Source: a virus
Lineage: Duplodnaviria; Caudoviricetes
Virus record (IMG/VR): IMGVR_UViG_3300037991_004971
Span: 1 to 62,672 of that record
Length of the DNA: 62,672 bases
Reading direction: 5' to 3' (one strand)
In this document: positions 54,601 to 62,672 of the stretch, piece after piece
Position numbering within the stretch: position 1 is the stretch's first letter
Layout: every line of letters starts with the position of its first letter
The notes under the pieces: generated by a model
What the model was told of the DNA's origin: nothing
Seen by the model: only the letters and a program-made list of their open reading frames with translations
Database searches by the model: none
Translations under genes and position numbers: made by a program

Positions 54601-56155
54601 CAAGTTCATCTGGGTTTGGATTTGATGCAATATAACCAATTGCACCACTACTTAGACCTCTAACACGACTTCCTATGGGTGCAGAAATATTATTATACTT
54701 ACTAACTGTTATATTTTGATATAGTTGAACATCATATAAATGTAAATCCCAAATAGTAGATTCGTTAGTATAAGAAGCGTCAGTTACACTAAATGAATAT
54801 ACACGCGCCTCACCAATCTTAGATCCTGAAGGACCATTGGTTGGATTACCAGTAGCTCCACCTTTTCTTTGACTGTACAGATCAATTGTATTTGCATTTA
54901 CTCCGCCAATGTTGATCCAAGGAGTTCCTTGTACATTGTTTACTTGGAGCAAACTTCCCATTCTAAATGGGACTGACTTATTATCAACAGTTTTAGTATC
55001 TCTTGGTTTTTCAACATCTAAAACTTTATTTCCAGTAATATCAACACCAAATCCTCTCACATATGCTCTACCTGGAGAGAGTTTGATACACATAAGATCT
55101 TCACTGGGATCATTTCCCTGATCCGTCTTCTCATCTTCAGTGTATAAACCGTTAGATCCAATTAAATCGTTTAATGAGTTTTGAACTCTAACATTGAATG
55201 GGTTGATAGCATAGTTGCCAGATTCTTCATATGTTCTCTTAGCAAGATACTTGTCAATTTCACTATAGACAGAAGTATTCTGTAATTTCTTAATCTCACC
55301 ATCTCTAACACGAACTAGCTCAATAAAGTTCGTATCTTCAAAATCCGAAAGAGGTCTCTTTGCGAGTTTTACTGAAATCTTAAATCTATCAGCACCAGGT
55401 GCTGCATAGTTAGTAAAACCTCTAGCGTTATCATTCAAATCTGGATCATCATTTGATGATACAATAGTTTCTGAAATTTCAAATCCAACCCTGTATGATG
55501 GTTTATTGGAATATGGTTCTAAGACAACCAAATCCTTAGTGACATCTACAAAGGTTCCTCTCATAAAATATACACCATTATCAACACCAACTGCAGAACC
55601 AATAGCAGTTGCTTCTTGTGCAAGAAGTGTTAATATAGTTTCTCCCTCATTAATTGTAGTGTTACCATAGGTAACATTTTCTTTGAGAACTATGATTTCA
55701 TCATTAGGGAATTGTACGCTTTCACCGTCTTTTCCTGATGAAGTATACTTAAGGAAAATAGTGATATCATCAACACCCTCATCTGGTGGGAGGATATAAT
55801 TTTTAATAGTTGCTTCAATTTGGGACCTTTGACCAACAATCTTGGTTCCCTTACCATTGTTATTATTAATTAATGCATCAAGATAAATCGTGACATCAAT
55901 GCCGAGATGATCTGGATTTACCTTTGCGGAAAAATATGTACTATCATAAGTAACAGATCCTGGAATAACCATGGATCCTTCTTTAAAAATATGACTACCG
56001 AACGATTCTATTTGATTTTGAAGAATCGATTGTAAACCAGTTAGTTCTCTAGCTTGAACAGGGAACCCAGGTTTAAAAAGAACCTTATAAAAATTATCCG
56101 CCTTATCAAAATCATCGTAATAAGGACTTATATTTAAATTAGTCTTTTGTGGCAT
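48653..56155 (-). CDS. Large virion structural protein (VrlC/DUF4815-like, 2500 aa)
   Basis: N.SPYYDDFD, LFKPG.PVQARELT.LQS.LQ.Q, APGADR, RTY.ESG.Y, RYTMRDIG.LE.RI, DPLAQSF, GSLFKSQN; follows gp8. Confidence 0.9.
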   Translation of the reverse strand: MPQKTNLNISPYYDDFDKADNFYKVLFKPGFPVQARELTGLQSILQNQIESFGSHIFKEGSMVIPGSVTYDSTYFSAKVNPDHLGIDVTIYLDALINNNNGKGTKIVGQRSQIEATIKNYILPPDEGVDDITIFLKYTSSGKDGESVQFPNDEIIVLKENVTYGNTTINEGETILTLLAQEATAIGSAVGVDNGVYFMRGTFVDVTKDLVVLEPYSNKPSYRVGFEISETIVSSNDDPDLNDNARGFTNYAAPGADRFKISVKLAKRPLSDFEDTNFIELVRVRDGEIKKLQNTSVYSEIDKYLAKRTYEESGNYAINPFNVRVQNSLNDLIGSNGLYTEDEKTDQGNDPSEDLMCIKLSPGRAYVRGFGVDITGNKVLDVEKPRDTKTVDNKSVPFRMGSLLQVNNVQGTPWINIGGVNANTIDLYSQRKGGATGNPTNGPSGSKIGEARVYSFSVTDASYTNESTIWDLHLYDVQLYQNITVSKYNNISAPIGSRVRGLSSGAIGYIASNPNPDELDITQTTGTFIQGERLIFNEEEKSEKASVISVRVYDVSSIKSVYQNSNSLNSSLNAFSADSVLHDRVLPNFSLTDIINVTNNGGNTTATSPRRRFSGASVGLTTDSIIGYTDKAGGTSLETFHRVSGISEDGVTLSVVDVPGVQDVNLGDLPSTGAELSGIFRVKVPKIINYNNSGLYSLLPKTNVASVDLSNSNLVINKQLTDKTVSATGTLSFRTEELLDAQVGVTSAFFEPFDAERYSIHYTDGTIEPLTADKVIITNGGNDIAFTGLDGINKSCTVNCTLKKVGLKSRSKDYARSVKVDVTRTVGVSTNSGLSTSKYYGLRIEDKEISLNVPDVVKVRAIYESKDNGAVTLDRLTFVSGLSLDVNSVVGEKIVGKNSRAIGQIVNRLSGGTEIEFVYLNANRFEKGESVEFKESNIKANLQNITTGNFTDRTNNYDLDKGHRKQYCDYSRIIRKEGSAVPSNRLLVIFDHYVTQSTTTGDVFTVNSYTKERYTKDIPRVGGSRASDIIDFRPRVKEYVPGAPGVDKSPFHFDSRTFESDSRYVVAPGESSVLGLSFYLPRIDKLVINKFEQAKLIKGVSAENPAPPTEIGDSMEVAEITLPPYLYDPVFDPNIRLYDNRRYTMRDIGKLEKRIDNLETFTSLSSLELDTKSLQITDADGLDRFKTGFVANDFKDRKFIDFNQAEGSRCDVDVVNKELISAVDFWSIKADLAFDPSIDTETADTNANLKLLDANCQKTGDLITLKYKEVKSELKNLQATRVENINPFNVLVFAGSVVLDPPTDNWVRTIYHNDYRIESSGAKWVERSNVISDTTNVDVDRDRSEREVIADQDVFRGNHTDITRTKTTTTTRRVETEFTSNLKGPTREFDYVESVKISGQTDPFMRSRNVAFSANGLKAATKHYAYLDSGIPDLFPKLIEINMVSGTFSNREPIQVLDATTGRRIARAKLQAPAHKYHDTSPEAVPIGQANGSAEKYQVDPFDRDRPAPSFNYSSTSKLLNIDIIALANDESYSGYVVKGAKIVGEQSGACATVSNVDLISDNWGDILGTFFLRDANQNPQPPVLFYAGTKTFKVTAAPAGTKVLPGSTALASDATATYTATGTILEQETSTVGVRNPPPPAARPNEVTTSVSVNVESKTERIEAPYRDPLAQSFRVGETGMFLTSIDVYFGTKDPSQKVFVEIRDVELGTPTNFLVQDYAQTFLNPDDIVTSEDASVATNVKFPSPIFLEGGKEYAVVFLCPASDLYEMWCSTMGEKTVLTKNLPDAEAVLHTKQYTGGSLFKSQNGTIWTASQYQDLTFQLYQAEFERSGTVTFYNSPVEGGSENVQRLADNPIRTLPRKLKVKVSNLSISDAPVGRKVSTGHPDDPEDGSVTGIVEQVAGSIDTNEQPKIVSGGTGYQFANETASGGNFVATAVPLKSSNGDGSGATATLTRDASGKIINIGSITTGSRYVVGDEIIIDNSTNILKRGAGAKFAVNSISSTLDTIYLTDVQGATFKAGQPIIHYGVNNDIRQTASGAATVDITDSEVLGDLYTGNVIEIIQPNHAHHAPNNLVRINNIKPDSVATQITGDLAVSGTTVSVASTSPFVNFAGVSTDRGEALIGSEVVSYIVGSGTLSISGRGLEGTSASSHSTGANIQSYQLNGFPLAGINTVTELPVNTTLRNESNIDNYFIEIDRGTGPRSDNVADNPALLCFQSEKAVGGNEAHISQNHQFRSLSPQFNVITPGSGTFASASIRTISGTSAGGNEISFQDQGFEPTILNETTFFPTPRMVASVDNEAQRLDGMPKNKSLALKVDMTSTDKNLSPVLDVKNATFVMGRSKINAPVDNYVTDTRSTRIDNDPHGSIFVTNQVNLSQPATSLKVLLGANVQSEADFRVYYRLFSSSSSEVSSTYRLFPGHKNLLDTDGDGFGDQIIDPAMNDGSADALVSKNGADDFSEYQFTVDNLEPFDGFTIKVVMSSTNECVPVRLKDFRAISLA

Positions 56156-56158
56156 TTT

Positions 56159-57757
56159 TTAGAATTCCAGGATGATTTTAACGTCTTCTTTTTGGCGCTC
56201 ATTACGAGCAATAATGGGTCTATTGTCAATGTAAACAATTTCCCCTGATCCTTTATTTATCTCATTATTTGATAACCCACCAGAGAATGATATTCCCAAA
56301 TTAATCAATTTAGTTCCAGTTGGATTTGTAGTAATACCTGAGAAATTGGTATTAATAGTCGCAGTAAAACTGGATTGATCACCTTTGATACTACTTCCAC
56401 TAGATTCAAACGCATAGATTCTACCAGCAGTTGAAATGCCAGCATAATCAGTTTGATCATTATTAGGTGTTGAGTAGTTTAGAGAACGATCTCTAAAATA
56501 CTTCATCACCTTAGTTTCTTTATCATATGAAGCAACATAACCTTGAGCAATTCTGCCACTGGTTAATGTCTGAGTAATACGCTCACCAATTTTGGGGATG
56601 TTGGATCCCACAGAATCTTCTGTGAACATAAATGCTTCCAAGGAAGAGAAAGTAGGATCTACATAAGTGATTGCAGTACCAACTTTAGTTGGATTCTTCA
56701 CAATACCAACTTGGGAAAATTTGGTATCAGAGGGGAAGTCTTTAGTAGAATCGTCAAATCTTGCATAAATTAGAACTCTATCAGTTCCCAATTCTTTGTA
56801 GATATCATGACCATGACCCAAACTAGGTGGGATAATTGGAACTAGTTTTGCTCTCAAGTGTGCAGGGTGCTGAGCATTTTGTAATGCACCAAGATCAACC
56901 ATTGCATAACTATATCCTTGTCCACCAGAACTAACGATGACATTGATGATCTTTCCACCAACAATATCAACTCTAGCTTTACCCCCAGTTCCATCACCTA
57001 TGATGTCAACTTCTTGACCTAATCCATCAGCATATAAACCACCTGGTTTATCAATATAAACATGCTTGATTTGATTGTTGTTTACAGTTGAATCTGCATT
57101 CTCTCTGATTGCCTTTATTTGAGCATCATTTGTAGTTGCCCAATCATTTGGAACTGTAATATACTCAGTAGAATCAAACTTGATAATATCAGATGGAGAT
57201 ACACTATACAAATACTTCCAAAGATATCCATCACCACTAGTACCAGCTCTAGATGGTTCTAAATCTGAGAAAGTTGGTTCATCTTGAGAAATATTACCAG
57301 TTGGATTATCTCCAGTTGAACCATTAGAAATGCAAACATATACTTTGAAGTCAGAATTCATTACATAGTAATTTGCACCATATAATCTACTAGAATCTTT
57401 GATAGGACTAGTATTCTTGGTTGAATAATCATCACGATACATTTCATACTTTGTACCTGCGGTCCAATCAACTCTTTTAATGATTCTTCTAATGTTGGCA
57501 GAGGCAATCCTCTTACCATACATCATGGTATCACCAACATGGGCAATATCAGAGAAACTATCAATAGGTGAAGGAGTAGTTCCAGTATCGTTCCACCCCT
57601 CAGATCTACCATACCCTACTAAACTACTAGGTTCTGGTAAACCAGTTGGGTTTGGTAATCCAATAAAGACATAGTAAGAATTTTGATCAGACTCTACTGA
57701 TTCTACAAAATTATTTGCGTTTAGGATCCTAAACTGATCAGTAACAATTGCTGGCAT
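56159..57757 (-). CDS. gp8: Baseplate wedge subunit gp8
   Basis: AIVTDQFR, Y.MYR.DY, VY.CI.N, DGY.WKYLY, GE..YIDNR...R...QKED.KI.LEF. Confidence 0.93.
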   Translation of the reverse strand: MPAIVTDQFRILNANNFVESVESDQNSYYVFIGLPNPTGLPEPSSLVGYGRSEGWNDTGTTPSPIDSFSDIAHVGDTMMYGKRIASANIRRIIKRVDWTAGTKYEMYRDDYSTKNTSPIKDSSRLYGANYYVMNSDFKVYVCISNGSTGDNPTGNISQDEPTFSDLEPSRAGTSGDGYLWKYLYSVSPSDIIKFDSTEYITVPNDWATTNDAQIKAIRENADSTVNNNQIKHVYIDKPGGLYADGLGQEVDIIGDGTGGKARVDIVGGKIINVIVSSGGQGYSYAMVDLGALQNAQHPAHLRAKLVPIIPPSLGHGHDIYKELGTDRVLIYARFDDSTKDFPSDTKFSQVGIVKNPTKVGTAITYVDPTFSSLEAFMFTEDSVGSNIPKIGERITQTLTSGRIAQGYVASYDKETKVMKYFRDRSLNYSTPNNDQTDYAGISTAGRIYAFESSGSSIKGDQSSFTATINTNFSGITTNPTGTKLINLGISFSGGLSNNEINKGSGEIVYIDNRPIIARNERQKEDVKIILEF

Positions 57758-57807
57758 GATTATTAACTTAGTCTTTTGACAATTTTTCTTTATTTATAGA
57801 CGAAATA

Positions 57808-60800
57808 CTATAGTCCAGTAACCACTCTAATTGATCCACTGTTTCTCAATCCAAACTCAGAGTTGAGACCTTGGAAGTATCTTCTCTGAATTGTTGGGAA
57901 AGTTGATAAACCAGCGTCAACAGTTAGTCCAGTTACTCCAATAGAGATTGGATTAGAATCTCTTTCACCGTTATATATTCTTCCCCAAGATATAGTACCT
58001 AGAGAAGTTGTTAATCCAATATTGGTTGGATTATAGAAACCAGTAGATGCGAGACCAACTGCTTCTTCTGTATTGCTAAGAATATCGCAAGTAATTTCTG
58101 CGCGGAAGTCAGTTGCCTGAACAAAGGAAGATACTTTGTAGATATTATCTAAGAAAGTAGATCCAATGGCAACAATATTGCTATCAGCACCATCAACACT
58201 GGTCAATCCAGCACCAACAGAGATAGTAGTATCTTTAATTAGTATTGGATAACCAACTTGTAGTTTATTGGCATTGGATTTTAGTGAAGTATAGAAGAAC
58301 TTCAATGCAAGTGATCCAGCACCTGCAGATCCAACTGCAGTACCAATACCAGTGATGATTCCAGTATATCCTTCAACATTGTTGTAAGATAGTAGTTTTT
58401 CATACTTAACTGGTGTTCTGGTTAATGTTACACCTGGTAGACTTGTATTGGTATATCCAAATCCAACATTATCAATAGTAACACTATCAACTTTTCCATT
58501 AACAATATTTGCTGTTGCGGCAGCAAAGGTAGAAACACCAGCAACTGCAAACTGATCTCTAACGGTGGTTCCAATACCAACACCAATTGGTGCTCCAATG
58601 TGTAAGGTAACTGCTGCACCGACATAACCATTTCCAGCATTATCAATCACATAATTATCAACTTGACCTGTGAAGTTAACTTCAGGTCTAATTACTGCTG
58701 GTTCAAATTCAGAATGGGCGAATAGAATAGCATCAACAGCAGTGATATTTACACCATAACGATCTTCAGATTCTAATGCTGGGTTTGCAAGATCTTCATA
58801 GAAGAATGCTTCAGCATCATCAACGAAAATACCACCATTTAGACCAATACCAGTATCAACTTTAATATCACCAATAACTTTAGCAGTTGGATAGATTTGG
58901 GGTTCGATAACTTCTCTTGCTTTAGAGATTAGATCGCCCTTAATAATTCTATCTTCTTTCTGTTTAGTCCAGTCAACAGGTCTTGAAATGGTTTCAGTGA
59001 TACCAGGACCTCTATACATGGTAGTTTCTACCAGGTCAGATCCTCTAATATCTTTAATTATTCTGTCAGTAATCTGTTCTTGAGTGTTAGTTTCAGTATC
59101 ACTTCTTCTAATTCTAATATCATCACCAACTTTAATAGTTTCATTGATGTTAACAATTTCAACATCAACACCGTCAGTACCTTTATAGAAGAATACATCA
59201 ACCTTATCTTTTGTTGAAGGAGCTTCAGTAAACTGGAATGTGGTGCCACCTTCAAATTGATATGCATAGTTTGGAGTCTGTAGAACACCATTTACAAAGA
59301 TTACTAGAACAGCATTCAAATCAATGCTTTCTCCTAGTGGAGATTCTTCATCAACTTCAAAACTTAGAAGTTGTCCATTGCGGAATAGTGGGAATCTCTT
59401 TCTAGATCCAGTTTGTAATTGTGCAATATCATCAATAAAATCAAGTTCACCAAACTGCCAAGCGGAGAAGAAGTCGTTGAAAGTATTGACAACTTCTAAT
59501 TCAAATCTATCAAGTGGTTTTTGTAGTCTCTTATCAACTACTAAACCAACAGGAGTAAACTTATCTCCGATTGCAAAAGAATGACCTTCTCTTGCGATTT
59601 GGAACTTAGATATTTCAAAGAAACTTCTACCAGTACCAACATTAGTTGATCCTTGAGTTACATCCAGATTCATGAGTAAGTTGCTTCCAGTATCAGTGGT
59701 TTTACCAACACCAAGTCTAGAAATACCTACAATAGGCATATTTTCATAATTTGGTTCAGGAGTTGTGATATCTGGGTTCACAAATCTAGCACCATATCCC
59801 TTGAGAGTAAATTCAAGTGCTCCACCAGTTCCTGCGGGTGACTTACCAACCATTAAACGAATAGTATTCGTTGTAGTCTTACCTACAGGTAATAGAGTGT
59901 TATATGCTGGATCAGTGGTTCTTGGATATGGATGTAGGGTTTGATATGCATCCTGAGCACAGGTGAATACCATAGAACCACCAGCAATAGTAACAGCACC
60001 ATTAGATTTAAGAACAGAACCATTATATTGTGCCTTTACAAATGTATGAGTATACTGTTCAGCAGATGGTGATGGATTTACATTAACTCTGAAAGTATTT
60101 GTAGTTGCATTAGCAATTGTCAACCACTTACCACTTGCATAATCAGTGGATCTTGGATAAGAATGTTCAGTTTGATTAAAGTCCTTAGTGCAGGTAAATA
60201 CCAAACTGTTATCTTCAATTAGAATCTTATCTCCAACTTGGAAACCATGATTTGCTACAGTAAGGGTTAAATTACCAGTGTTTCTTACATAAGTTGCTGC
60301 AGTTGGAGTTACAGTTGTTGCACTACCAACACCATGAGATGCTGCAGTGACAACTAGTTCTCCAGTTGCTGGATCATAAGTTGCATCAGTTGGGCTGAGA
60401 TTGCCACCACCATCGATAGAAACAGAATTAGGATCAGCACTTACAAATCTATGCTTATTAGTACCGACTTCGGCATCTAAGATTGCTCCAGTACCACCGC
60501 CACCACCAGTACCAACATTTAAGGTAATGGTGTTGAATGAAGTATCTTCAATACCTAATGTTACACCTGCAGCTGGATCAGTGGAACGAGGATATGGATG
60601 CTCAGATTCGTGATCATCTCTATCACAGGTGAATACCAGTGAATTGGTTGCAATAGTAGCGGTATCTACTGCTCTTAGTAAACCATTAGTATCTGCGGTG
60701 AAGAATGAGTGAGCATAGTCACCACCAGTAGAAACTGAATCTGCAGAGGCACTTGCAAAAGTGTATCTGATTTTGTTAATACCAACTGGTACTGGATTTG

Positions 60801-62672
60801 TTAGTTTAACTACAATTGTAGTTGGAGTTACGGATTCAATTAGAATTGAAGTGTCTCTTGAAGGGTCACCAACTCTAGGATATGCTTCTGTGGTAGTATT
60901 GTCATCCTTATCAGAAGTAAACAATATGGAACCATTTGCAAGTTTAATATTAGTTCCTGGTTTTAAGTTGTGCTGACCAATTTGCAACTCAACCATTCCA
61001 GTGTTTTCGTCATAGAATGCGTTAGTTGGAGTGAATGACACCAATGGAGATGTTCCAACGGTTACTGTAAATTCATTTGCAGTAACATTAGAAATAGGAA
61101 CCCATCTACCACTGATAGGATCAGTAACTCTAGGATAAGCATGAACAGAAACACCACCTGGGTTAAGGATGTCTGCATCCATAGTACACTTATATCTGAT
61201 GCTGTTATCCTTGATTTTTACAAAATCTCCGTTGGAGAAACCATGATTTCCTACAGTGAATGTTGCAGTACCAGCAACTGGATCATAAGTTGAGAAAGTA
61301 ACAGTATGCTCAGTTGCCTTAGCAATAGTATGATTATCATTGACAGTTACGATTAGTTCACCAGTAGATGATCTGTAATCAACTTTTGTTGGAGAATAAT
61401 TTATAGATCCATTGATTGTAATGGCATTTCCTACGGACTTAATGAACTTATGTTCAAATTCAATATCAGTTAGTCCAATACCAACTGGATCTCTATAACC
61501 AGAACCGAAAGTTAGATCGTTGAAGAATGGAATTACATCTCCACCACCTTCATAGACATGATTAATTGTACAAACTCCCGCATTAACTTCAAAGGTGGTT
61601 GCGGAAATAATTCCAACAATTGGAAGTGCTCTATCATGATCCTGGAAGAATGTAGTAGTAACACCAGCATGTTCTGAAGAGCAGGAGAACTCTAATCTAT
61701 CCAATTGAACAGTGGATGGTTGCTGAAGAGCAAATCCATGTACAGCATTTGTTGTAACTGTGATAATACCAGTTCTAAAATCATATGCCGCAGTTTGAAT
61801 GCCTAACTTAACATTTGAAGTAGTTGGAATACCTGTAATGCTAGTAATTGAATTAGCAGCAAACTTATTGGAAGGATTTTCCTCAAGATTTGCTTTGACA
61901 TTTGCACCAACTAGAGGCGCATAACCCAATCCAGGAGTTGATCCTAGAGAAACAATCAGACCACCTCTTGGTAGTTGATTCTGGTTAATATCAAACTGAG
62001 ACTGCATTGGTTGTCCATTTTCAGAACTAATACCAGTGAATACAACACTTGAAATTCCACTTCCACCTGCGGGTGTGGTTATTAGTTCGTAATTGTTACC
62101 TGCATTATTCAGAGTTAGTGGAGTTTGGAATACACCATTGATGAATACAATACCGTTACCAATTGCAACACCGCTTTCGGTATTAGCGCCACCAACAGTC
62201 ATTGTATAAGTCTTTCCAACACCAGTGAAGGTATCAGAAATATCATCAAATATCATATTGGTAGTATAATCCTGTCTTAAGAAAGTTCTTCCAGAGAACT
62301 CTGCCTTGACATAAGGGAGATTACTATCATCTCTTCTGGCTCTTGAATTACCCTTTGGTGGATCTAGGAACCATACGGTACTATCAACGATGTTAAAGGA
62401 TCCTCTATGCACCCTAGCATCGGCACCAGCAAGGTGTGTTGTTGCTGCGATACCCAAAGATCCTCTTCTCACTCTAACCACTGGTAGAGTGCATATACCA
62501 GCAGCTACATCATCAGAATCATTAATAGTTCCTTGGGGTAGACTGGAGAATCCAACCTGTTCAATCTTCATGTACTCAGGACCAACCTTAAGTACATCTC
62601 TTGGTTGAACAGAACTAATACCACTTAGAACAAACTGAGAAACTCCAATTCCAATAGAATCTCTTATACTGT
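57808..62672 (-). CDS. gp7: Baseplate wedge initiator gp7-like giant structural protein, C-terminal part; truncated at window edge
   Basis: The frame stays open from 62571 to the window end. F.GR.F.R, FINGVFQ.P, LPRGG.IVS.GST.G.GY.PL, internal H.YPR.TDP repeats; directly upstream of gp8. Confidence 0.85.
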   Translation of the reverse strand, partial: SIRDSIGIGVSQFVLSGISSVQPRDVLKVGPEYMKIEQVGFSSLPQGTINDSDDVAAGICTLPVVRVRRGSLGIAATTHLAGADARVHRGSFNIVDSTVWFLDPPKGNSRARRDDSNLPYVKAEFSGRTFLRQDYTTNMIFDDISDTFTGVGKTYTMTVGGANTESGVAIGNGIVFINGVFQTPLTLNNAGNNYELITTPAGGSGISSVVFTGISSENGQPMQSQFDINQNQLPRGGLIVSLGSTPGLGYAPLVGANVKANLEENPSNKFAANSITSITGIPTTSNVKLGIQTAAYDFRTGIITVTTNAVHGFALQQPSTVQLDRLEFSCSSEHAGVTTTFFQDHDRALPIVGIISATTFEVNAGVCTINHVYEGGGDVIPFFNDLTFGSGYRDPVGIGLTDIEFEHKFIKSVGNAITINGSINYSPTKVDYRSSTGELIVTVNDNHTIAKATEHTVTFSTYDPVAGTATFTVGNHGFSNGDFVKIKDNSIRYKCTMDADILNPGGVSVHAYPRVTDPISGRWVPISNVTANEFTVTVGTSPLVSFTPTNAFYDENTGMVELQIGQHNLKPGTNIKLANGSILFTSDKDDNTTTEAYPRVGDPSRDTSILIESVTPTTIVVKLTNPVPVGINKIRYTFASASADSVSTGGDYAHSFFTADTNGLLRAVDTATIATNSLVFTCDRDDHESEHPYPRSTDPAAGVTLGIEDTSFNTITLNVGTGGGGGTGAILDAEVGTNKHRFVSADPNSVSIDGGGNLSPTDATYDPATGELVVTAASHGVGSATTVTPTAATYVRNTGNLTLTVANHGFQVGDKILIEDNSLVFTCTKDFNQTEHSYPRSTDYASGKWLTIANATTNTFRVNVNPSPSAEQYTHTFVKAQYNGSVLKSNGAVTIAGGSMVFTCAQDAYQTLHPYPRTTDPAYNTLLPVGKTTTNTIRLMVGKSPAGTGGALEFTLKGYGARFVNPDITTPEPNYENMPIVGISRLGVGKTTDTGSNLLMNLDVTQGSTNVGTGRSFFEISKFQIAREGHSFAIGDKFTPVGLVVDKRLQKPLDRFELEVVNTFNDFFSAWQFGELDFIDDIAQLQTGSRKRFPLFRNGQLLSFEVDEESPLGESIDLNAVLVIFVNGVLQTPNYAYQFEGGTTFQFTEAPSTKDKVDVFFYKGTDGVDVEIVNINETIKVGDDIRIRRSDTETNTQEQITDRIIKDIRGSDLVETTMYRGPGITETISRPVDWTKQKEDRIIKGDLISKAREVIEPQIYPTAKVIGDIKVDTGIGLNGGIFVDDAEAFFYEDLANPALESEDRYGVNITAVDAILFAHSEFEPAVIRPEVNFTGQVDNYVIDNAGNGYVGAAVTLHIGAPIGVGIGTTVRDQFAVAGVSTFAAATANIVNGKVDSVTIDNVGFGYTNTSLPGVTLTRTPVKYEKLLSYNNVEGYTGIITGIGTAVGSAGAGSLALKFFYTSLKSNANKLQVGYPILIKDTTISVGAGLTSVDGADSNIVAIGSTFLDNIYKVSSFVQATDFRAEITCDILSNTEEAVGLASTGFYNPTNIGLTTSLGTISWGRIYNGERDSNPISIGVTGLTVDAGLSTFPTIQRRYFQGLNSEFGLRNSGSIRVVTGL

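Noticed and set aside
216-62608. All + strand ORFs in the track (for example 1268-1600, 16699-17202, 19317-19724, 32877-33266, 52230-52733)
   Set aside because: They are antisense shadows of well-supported minus-strand genes, with Ser/Ile/Phe-rich composition, no RBS or promoter context and no recognisable motifs.
1-62672. CRISPR arrays, tRNA/rRNA genes, introns or inteins, integrase, DGR
   Set aside because: No regularly spaced repeats or RNA-gene signatures were seen. gp17, gp20, gp23, gp46, uvsW and the visible part of gp43 have normal lengths without intein motifs, and no reverse transcriptase or recombinase gene was found.

Overview
This 62.7 kb window is part of a T4-like cyanomyovirus (Kyanoviridae-type) genome, most likely from a phage of marine Synechococcus. 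Essentially all genuine genes are on the minus strand. In transcription order (right to left) it contains the baseplate, neck, tail, terminase and head genes (gp7 partial, gp8, VrlC-like, gp13-gp23, gp3), then recombination/transcription genes (uvsY, uvsW, gp55, gp47, gp46), a VWA-peptidase and cobS, replication accessory genes (gp45, gp44, dam, gp62, regA), hsp20, an accessory metabolic island, and the 5' part of gp43. The main highlight is the island at about 2.4-8.3 kb. It holds a full-length NdhD1/2-type NDH-1 subunit, gnd and zwf, and an unannotated 42-aa NdhP homologue that overlaps both gnd and zwf, all surrounded by single-TM microproteins. Together these suggest a phage module linking the oxidative pentose phosphate pathway to NDH-1L. 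Other observations: a ROSE-like RNA thermometer on hsp20; eight 2OG-Fe(II) oxygenases and an HNH gene inserted at core-gene junctions, some flanked by short direct repeats of expression signals; a protein with a T4-like capsid-targeting N-terminus; a modular polyprotein-like head protein; a 25-aa Cys-rich peptide; and a promoter motif shared by cobS and its putative VWA partner. All assignments come from reading motifs and synteny by eye; no searches were run.
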